This document shows, piece after piece, positions 60,013 through 64,000 of a DNA stretch of 64,000 nt (position 1 is the first letter of the stretch; each line of letters opens with the position of its first letter). The notes under the pieces were generated by a model that was given only the letters and a program-made list of their open reading frames with translations, searched no databases and had not been told where the DNA came from. Source of the stretch: an uncultured Nitrososphaerota archaeon (GTDB lineage Archaea > Thermoproteota > EX4484-205 > JAAOZO01); NCBI GenBank assembly GCA_964408285.1, contig CAYOYV010000001.1:96001-160000 (forward strand). The letters are read 5' to 3'. Position numbers and translations under genes: made by a program.

Positions 60013-60271
60013 CAGACGTCAGCTCTGGGGGCGGCCTGACTGGGGCAGGCCCTCCCGCCACATCCTTGTGACGTGCACAATTCTCACAGGCCTCAGTTTA
60101 TTGCAGGATTCCAAGGTATGGCGCGCAGTCTGTCAATCGTTGCGGTATAAGAATATCGGTGCCCAAAGCACATGAGGGTTGTTATTGAGTGCGAAGTGGG
60201 CCTTGCCTGCACCATAGGCGATTTCTGTGAAACCTATGGGCTCTTCGGCCTCGGTTAGTGGGAGCCGCAAA

Positions 60272-60577
60272 TCAGAATAGGCAATCCGCTATGGCTCTTT
60301 TTGCGTCATCTGAACTGATCGTCTTCCTCTTCTCTCTCTCACAATACTCCAATGCCCTTCTTGCGATTCGTCTCCCTTCTTTAAGCAAAGCATCGTGCAA
60401 AACAATGAGAGCTTCCCCTGAAATCCTCTCAACATTCCTGGATTCCTTCATCTCTAGTTCGAATATCCTTCTCATTGCTTGGCCGGGAAAGACCTTGATT
60501 GAGGGCTCCAATCTCTTTATCTCGGCCTTCTTTTCAACACTCTCTTCTGGCGTGATTCCTCGCGATTTCTCTTCCAT
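60272..60577 (-). CDS. Histone-fold protein with N-terminal extension
   Basis: FP..AMRRI, RISGEA, long alpha2 helix and KRKTISSDD. Confidence 0.85.
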   Translation of the reverse strand: MEEKSRGITPEESVEKKAEIKRLEPSIKVFPGQAMRRIFELEMKESRNVERISGEALIVLHDALLKEGRRIARRALEYCEREKRKTISSDDAKRAIADCLF

Positions 60578-60606
60578 TGCCTACGCAAACATCGCCCAAG
60601 AATTCC

Positions 60607-61149
60607 TTAAAGCTTTTCCCATCCCGATCCCCCACCCATTTTTTCCTTCATTCCCCACTTCCCAACAAGATACCCATAGTTCGGGAAGGCTTTTTTCAGA
60701 TATGGGGTATATCTGGCTATCTCTCTCGGACTCATGTACTGGAATTGGTATTCTCCCTCGTATGGCGCAATATCTCCAGCTCTCGTTAGGAACTCAATAT
60801 GCATGAACGGCTCACCTTTGCCTATTGCTATTGGCTTACGGTCGTTGTTGAGATTCACTACCTCCAGGGCAAGTCTTCCCAAGAACCCGCTATGTACCTT
60901 CGCAGCATTGAGGAAGGACAGCCCTGCCCTGCCGAATCTGCTCTTTGCTGTCAGGTGGGCAACTAGAGTTGGCGGCAGGAAGACAATCTCACGAGAAATC
61001 AGGTTTCTATGTTCCATGTAGTTCAGTTCAGTCCTTTTGCCAACCGTCAAGATGTATGAATCGCCATCAAGCAGATCCATGTCAAACGGGTGGATCATAT
61101 GATATGTCTTCTGAAAGGCCAATATCTGGCTCTTCCCAAGTACACTCAT
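60607..61149 (-). CDS. dCTP deaminase/dUTPase-family protein
   Basis: AKSRFGRAGL, VHSGFLGRLALEV and PYEGEYQ.Q motifs. Confidence 0.75.
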   Translation of the reverse strand: MSVLGKSQILAFQKTYHMIHPFDMDLLDGDSYILTVGKRTELNYMEHRNLISREIVFLPPTLVAHLTAKSRFGRAGLSFLNAAKVHSGFLGRLALEVVNLNNDRKPIAIGKGEPFMHIEFLTRAGDIAPYEGEYQFQYMSPREIARYTPYLKKAFPNYGYLVGKWGMKEKMGGGSGWEKL

Positions 61150-61417
61150 GTCACGGCATTGTGCAGTGCTGCATTTTTAACCTAATCGCATGACTGCACC
61201 AAAGACACTCCCGAGCTCAACCACCTCGCGGGCTTATCGAGACTGTCCGGGTTCCTGGTAACGGAGATGCTATCTCACCCAATTCCTTTCCTTCCTGGAT
61301 AGGCAGAGGTTGGGCTTTCGCGGGCTCTTAGCCCAGTAAGGGCTTTTCAGTTTCTCGATTCGGGTTTGCCAAGAAACATAAATAGCGTGAAGGTTGTGAT
61401 GTCCCAGGCAACCGCTT

Positions 61418-62527
61418 TTGCAGGACAGGATTGTCATGTTGGCGGATCTGGATTACTTCTATGCCCAATGCGAAGAAGTCAGAAATCCCGCCCTTAGAAA
61501 AAAGCCCGTTGTCATATGCGTGTATTCTGGGCGAACCGAGGACAGTGGAGTGGTCAGCACCGCGAACTACATTGCTAGAAGCTATGGAGTTGGACCTGGC
61601 ATTCCAATCTATGCCGCAAAAAGGAAGCTTAAGGAAAAGGATGCCGTCTTTCTTCCCGTTGATCACATCTTCTATTCACTCGTATCTGAGAGGGTCATGA
61701 CAATATTGAAGGGCCACACTGATCTCTTCGAGCAGGTCGGCATCGATGAGGCCTACCTGGAGGTAAGTAACAAAGTGATGGGGGAACTGGACCATGCTGT
61801 CGAGTTGGCCAAGATGATAAAGACGGAGATCCGAAGTCGCGAAGGCCTCACCTGCTCAATTGGGATCGGTCCGAACAAGCTCATCGCGAAAATGGCAGCT
61901 GACTTCACGAAGCCAGATGGTCTAACACTAGTAGGTCTTGGGCAAGTCCAGCAGTTCCTTTTTCCTCTCGAAATCAGTAGGCTCATTGGCGTTGGCAAGA
62001 GAACCTCAGAGAAGATGCAGACTTTGGGGATATCCACTATTGGCGATCTGGCTAGGTATGATCTGGGCCAGCTCATGAACGTGTTTGGAAGGCGGCTCGG
62101 AAGGTACTTCCACGATGCCTCAAACGGAATAGACTATAGACCGGTCAAGGCGAAGGAGCAGTTACAGTCGATATCCAGAATTTCGACCCTAAAAGAGGAC
62201 ACGCGTGACTTAGAGACCATCGAAGAGAAGATAGAAGGATTGTGTGACCAAATCGGAGATATGGTTCTTCGAGAGGATCTGCTGTTTAGGTCGATCGGTA
62301 TAACATTTGTTGCGAATGACCTGAGCATCCACAGCAGATCAAGGACCCTTCAGGCGCCAACAAATCAATTGAGAGTTCTAAAAAAGATCGCGAGGGATCT
62401 TATCAGGAGATTCCTCAATGAATCAGAGATCATACCGAGAAGGGTCGGAGTGAGAGTGGCTAATCTGAAAAGGAGGCACGGGATCCAAGTGAGGTTGATG
62501 GATCCGGAAAGCAACAGAGCAGGCTAA
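61418..62527 (+). CDS. dinB: Y-family DNA polymerase IV (DinB/Dpo4)
   Basis: DLDYFYAQ, ANYIAR, IDEAYL and KPDG motifs. Confidence 0.95.
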   Translation: MQDRIVMLADLDYFYAQCEEVRNPALRKKPVVICVYSGRTEDSGVVSTANYIARSYGVGPGIPIYAAKRKLKEKDAVFLPVDHIFYSLVSERVMTILKGHTDLFEQVGIDEAYLEVSNKVMGELDHAVELAKMIKTEIRSREGLTCSIGIGPNKLIAKMAADFTKPDGLTLVGLGQVQQFLFPLEISRLIGVGKRTSEKMQTLGISTIGDLARYDLGQLMNVFGRRLGRYFHDASNGIDYRPVKAKEQLQSISRISTLKEDTRDLETIEEKIEGLCDQIGDMVLREDLLFRSIGITFVANDLSIHSRSRTLQAPTNQLRVLKKIARDLIRRFLNESEIIPRRVGVRVANLKRRHGIQVRLMDPESNRAG

Positions 62528-62533
62528 AAGCGG

Positions 62534-62680
62534 ATGGGAAGGCGCCATTGCCTGAATGAGCGTTGCCGCAATTCGACTCCGTCGGTTTATTGCGAATCCT
62601 GCAATGACCGGATAGTCAATGAGATCAGTGCCGATGCTGTGTCTAGAGCTGTTGGGGAGGACGGGCCCGATGGGATTTGA
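62534..62680 (+). CDS. 48-aa putative zinc-finger microprotein (absent from ORF track)
   Basis: MGRRHCLNERCRNSTPSVYCESCND (Cx4C-x8-CxxC); 6 bp after the dinB stop. Confidence 0.4.
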   Translation: MGRRHCLNERCRNSTPSVYCESCNDRIVNEISADAVSRAVGEDGPDGI

Positions 62681-62737
62681 ACCCATGCTCTCCGGCTCCG
62701 CAGGCCGACGCCTTGATCCGTACTTGGCCACGGGCCC
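62662..62737 (-). tRNA. tRNA-Arg(GCG), no intron
   Basis: Acceptor GGGCCCG/CGGGCCC-G; TCGGC CT-GCG-GA GCCGG; ATGGG TTCAAAT CCCAT. Confidence 0.96.
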
Positions 62738-62925
62738 ATCAGACGCCTTATTCGGTAAGTGGTGTTAGTGCCAGTATTAATACTCTCAACTATTCGAGGC
62801 TTCGGGAGGATTCCAAACAATCGCTCAAAGCGAATCGTTCAATTGGTCGTGGGCGCGCGGGTCATGGACCCACGGCTGCTAGATGCCTGATGGTTGAAAT
62901 ATCATCCGATGCCATTCGTTCCATT

Positions 62926-63294
62926 TCAAAGCAGGTCCTTCCCTTCCTCGACAAGAGAATACCCGCTTTTTTCGACTTGACCAAGGTAGTACCCTAAAAG
63001 GGTGCCATCTCGTTTCGATGCTTTTCTCTTGTGGTGAGGAATCACTCTGATGTTACCTCTTCCGAAATTGACAATGACTAGTACCTGGAATCCTGTGATC
63101 TTGTCCGGGATATCTTCCTTGAAATACATGGAACTAGCCTTGCAGCTCTTGACCTGAACTAGACGCACGACTCCATCCTTCATGCAAACAAGGTCGACCG
63201 GGCCCAAGCTGCCGCCTGACCGAACCACGACCCATCCATGCTTTCTGAACATATCTCTTACGAGATACTCCGATCTGGTTCCTCTCCTTTTCAA
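62926..63294 (-). CDS. hjc: Holliday junction resolvase Hjc-like
   Basis: RGTRSEYLVRD...GW.VVRSGGS.GPVDLV...VQVKS; TTG start assumed. Confidence 0.8.
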   Translation of the reverse strand: MKRRGTRSEYLVRDMFRKHGWVVVRSGGSLGPVDLVCMKDGVVRLVQVKSCKASSMYFKEDIPDKITGFQVLVIVNFGRGNIRVIPHHKRKASKRDGTLLGYYLGQVEKSGYSLVEEGKDLL

Positions 63295-63334
63295 TTGGTG
63301 TCGGACGACCAATGCCCGGGATCTCCTCGGATCA

Positions 63335-64000
63335 TCACCCTCTTGAATCTGCTTTGAATGAGATCGGCCTATCGACGAAACGAAATGCTTGCTCTTTTTT
63401 CCGATTGGGCATAGCTGAGAGCGAACGAATGGCAAACTCAATGGAAAATGGATCAGGACTGTGCGTCGCAATGTAAGCTCTAGGGGGAGGCAATCTGCGG
63501 ATATCGTAGGGACTGTTTATCGCGATCACCATCGTGTTGGGGAGATTCTTTATCAGCTTACCCAAGAATTCTGCCTGCAATTGCTTCTTGTGCAGATCAA
63601 TCGAAAAGGCTACGAAAGCATCGAAATCGATGGATCTAGAAAGCAGAGCACTCTCCCTGAAATTGGGATCTAATTGCTCGAATATCCGCTTGTCTATCCC
63701 GGCAAAATGCTTCGATATAGCCTCCTTGATCATTTGCGAATAGGCCGAAACGTCGCTTGGGATCACGAAGCAGATTCTGCTGTTCGCTCTTAGAGCGAGG
63801 GCTCCTTGATTCCACACTGTCGACACCGATCTCTCAACTATCCTTTGGATTTCCTTATAGTGGGACTGACAACCTATCACGGATGTCGTAGGCTTTCTGA
63901 AATTCCCTAACTTCGTGTCCTTCAGGTGCAATATCCTTCTCACGCTGCTCTTCAATCGCCTGAGAAATGAGCTGTCCTTCCTTGCCCTCCTCACAATGGC
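63335..64000 (-). CDS. GH3 (beta-N-acetylhexosaminidase-like) C-terminal part, 5'-truncated by window edge
   Basis: SVRRILHLK, ERSVSTVWN and NSPYDI...YIAT motifs. Confidence 0.7.
   Translation of the reverse strand, partial: AIVRRARKDSSFLRRLKSSVRRILHLKDTKLGNFRKPTTSVIGCQSHYKEIQRIVERSVSTVWNQGALALRANSRICFVIPSDVSAYSQMIKEAISKHFAGIDKRIFEQLDPNFRESALLSRSIDFDAFVAFSIDLHKKQLQAEFLGKLIKNLPNTMVIAINSPYDIRRLPPPRAYIATHSPDPFSIEFAIRSLSAMPNRKKEQAFRFVDRPISFKADSRG

Noticed and set aside
60013-60120. Mn (yybP-ykoY) or fluoride riboswitch upstream of the P-type ATPase
   Set aside because: GC-rich stems exist but the consensus motifs were not found
1-64000. Provirus, IS element, CRISPR array or rRNA
   Set aside because: No integrase, transposase, capsid, repeat-spacer or rRNA signature was recognised

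Overview
Archaeal chromosomal DNA of TACK/Thermoproteota type. The evidence is L38e, L40e, S17e, SmAP3, a histone fold, RadA, Hjc, TgtA and multi-intron tRNAs; a finer lineage call cannot be made from sequence alone. 1-9.7 kb is a sugar/amino-sugar catabolism island. 10-24 kb holds iscSU, a degenerate ABC module, a glucan/sugar-phosphate cluster and a PqqD/RRE-containing operon. 25-27.4 kb holds a nuclease/partner gene pair next to a two-intron tRNA-Gly that the ORF track hides. 28-37 kb and 45.6-64 kb are mostly housekeeping genes. 37-45.7 kb is a compact Tad/Flp-like type IV pilus locus fused with a membrane-anchored HerA/VirB4 (CedB-like) ATPase and flanked by a divergent TFB paralog, a candidate undescribed DNA uptake/exchange system. 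Five complete tRNA genes were read by eye (three have introns) plus one orphan 3' half. In two intron-containing tRNAs the exon has a C exactly where the intron's bulge-helix-bulge (BHB) partner base is A (C55 of tRNA-Gly; C34 of tRNA-Arg), raising the possibility of C-to-U editing. No CRISPR array, integrase or transposase was seen. All family calls come from motif recognition by eye, not database searches.
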